A stretch of DNA of 64,000 nt from the NCBI GenBank assembly GCA_039545335.1, contig BCIN01000003.1:248001-312000 (forward strand), in the 5' to 3' direction. Below, one piece after another: positions 62,815 to 64,000 of the stretch (the stretch's first letter is position 1; each line of letters begins with the position of its first letter). The stretch is from Kondoa subrosea. Its lineage: Eukaryota. The notes beneath the pieces are model-generated. The model was given only the letters and a program-made list of their open reading frames with translations. It was not told where the DNA came from and did no database searches. The position numbers and the translations under genes are program-made.

Positions 62815-63813
62815 ATGGAGTCATGGATGAACTTGAATTTGGTCGATTCAACGGAGCCAAGTCCTGTAAACGGCCCTTCTGATCTCACTTTACGCTCCGC
62901 CGACTCTCTCTCGCACCCTGTATCCAGTCAAGACCTGTTCGACCAGCTATCACAATGGACTAATGTCAACTTCGATTTCTCTGAACAAGCCTCGGCATCA
63001 TCAACAGTCTTCGATACTGCTCTACCTACTCTAGGTCTGTTCGATTCAGCTCAAGATAGGCTAGGAAGCATCAAAGGCAAATCCTACGAACGCGGCTTCT
63101 CAACTTCCAATCCTTATATTGACCCAAACGCCGTCTTCTCAAACACAACACCAATCGATCCAGCTCTTTTCACTTCTTCTTCTTCTTCTATTGCTACAGA
63201 TATCTCTACAACTTCAGATTATACTCCTTCTTTACCTTTTCCTACTTCTTTTGAAACATTACCCGTTCCTCTTCCACAACAACAACAACAACCAGAACCT
63301 GAAGTAGTATTGAAGAAATCAACAACAACAAAGACAAAAGCGCCTAGTAAGAAAGGAAAGAAAGTGACACCCGCTTCTACTTCTTCTTCTTCAGCAGTAC
63401 AAGCTGTTGCTTCACCTACGGCTTCCACTACTACAGCAGAAGCGGAATCGGAAAGTAAAGGAGTTGATCCGGATGATAAAAGACGTAGGAATACATTAGC
63501 TTCAGGTCAGTATCCACATTGAGTCAAATCAGGTTTAAATTCTGATTGGTTCGACTTGCGCTTTGACAGCTCGGTTCAGAGTCAAGAAAAAAGAAAGGGA
63601 AGCTGCTACAGCAAAAGATTTGAAAGAAGCTGTTGATAAAGTTGCTGTTTTGGAAAAGGAAGTGGATGTGTTGAAGAGGGAGAATTTGTGGTTGAGATCT
63701 TTGATTGTCGAGAAAGCAAAGGTGAGATACCAACATTTCAATCTTATGCAACTCTGCTCATTATTTCAATGTAGCCCGGGTCTTCAGCCGCTGCTGGAGA
63801 GGTTACGCATTAG
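62815..63813 (+). CDS. bZIP transcription factor (MetR/Cys-3/Met4/Zip1-like basic region)
   Basis: DDKRRRNTLAS/ARFRVKKKERE followed by the zipper ...LEKEVDVLKRENLWLRSLI. Confidence 0.85.
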
Positions 63814-64000
63814 TCGGGGGATTGTAAGAGGAGTAAACATGTATGCTTGTGATTTCTGCAAAAGTTGTTTTTTTTCTTTCGGAAGAAGATGAAGTATATG
63901 AACAGCAGTAGTATAGCAGTACTACCAATGTACTGTAACATTTCAAAGCTTTTGACCTCCTTCCCCGAGCGGCATTTGGTTAACTTATGTTAAGTCCCTC

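Overview
A compact, intron-rich fungal chromosome segment. Introns are mostly 45-65 nt, with GT(R)AGT-like donors, CTRAY branch points and YAG acceptors. The gene repertoire looks basidiomycete, possibly a Pucciniomycotina yeast (inference). About 25 spliced protein-coding genes were reconstructed by hand: MFS transporters, kinesin-6, aldo-keto reductase, PP2C, a Ste20-type kinase, Spc105/KNL1, a Nudix hydrolase, PRP19, Bem46/ABHD13, complex I 75-kDa subunit, a fatty-acid elongase, a homeodomain TF, MetRS, Cti6, an ABCC transporter, ATG4, ISU1, MSH4, a Zn2Cys6 TF, a DHHC palmitoyltransferase, SEA4/MIOS and a bZIP TF. Two small multi-exon genes are largely missed by the ORF track. I saw no transposons, CRISPR arrays, tRNAs or rRNAs. 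The main unexplained feature is a ~1.05-kb non-coding stretch (about 18430-19490, minus strand). It folds into nested long-range helices whose G-U pairs work only on the minus strand, ends in an Sm-like site, and follows a spliced 19-codon micro-ORF. It is a candidate large structured ncRNA, possibly telomerase RNA, although no canonical CCCUAA template is present. The unusually long PRP19 intron is also notable: it holds a U6-complementary element followed by CTGA, and a possible poison exon. All exon boundaries and folds were read by eye and are not computed.
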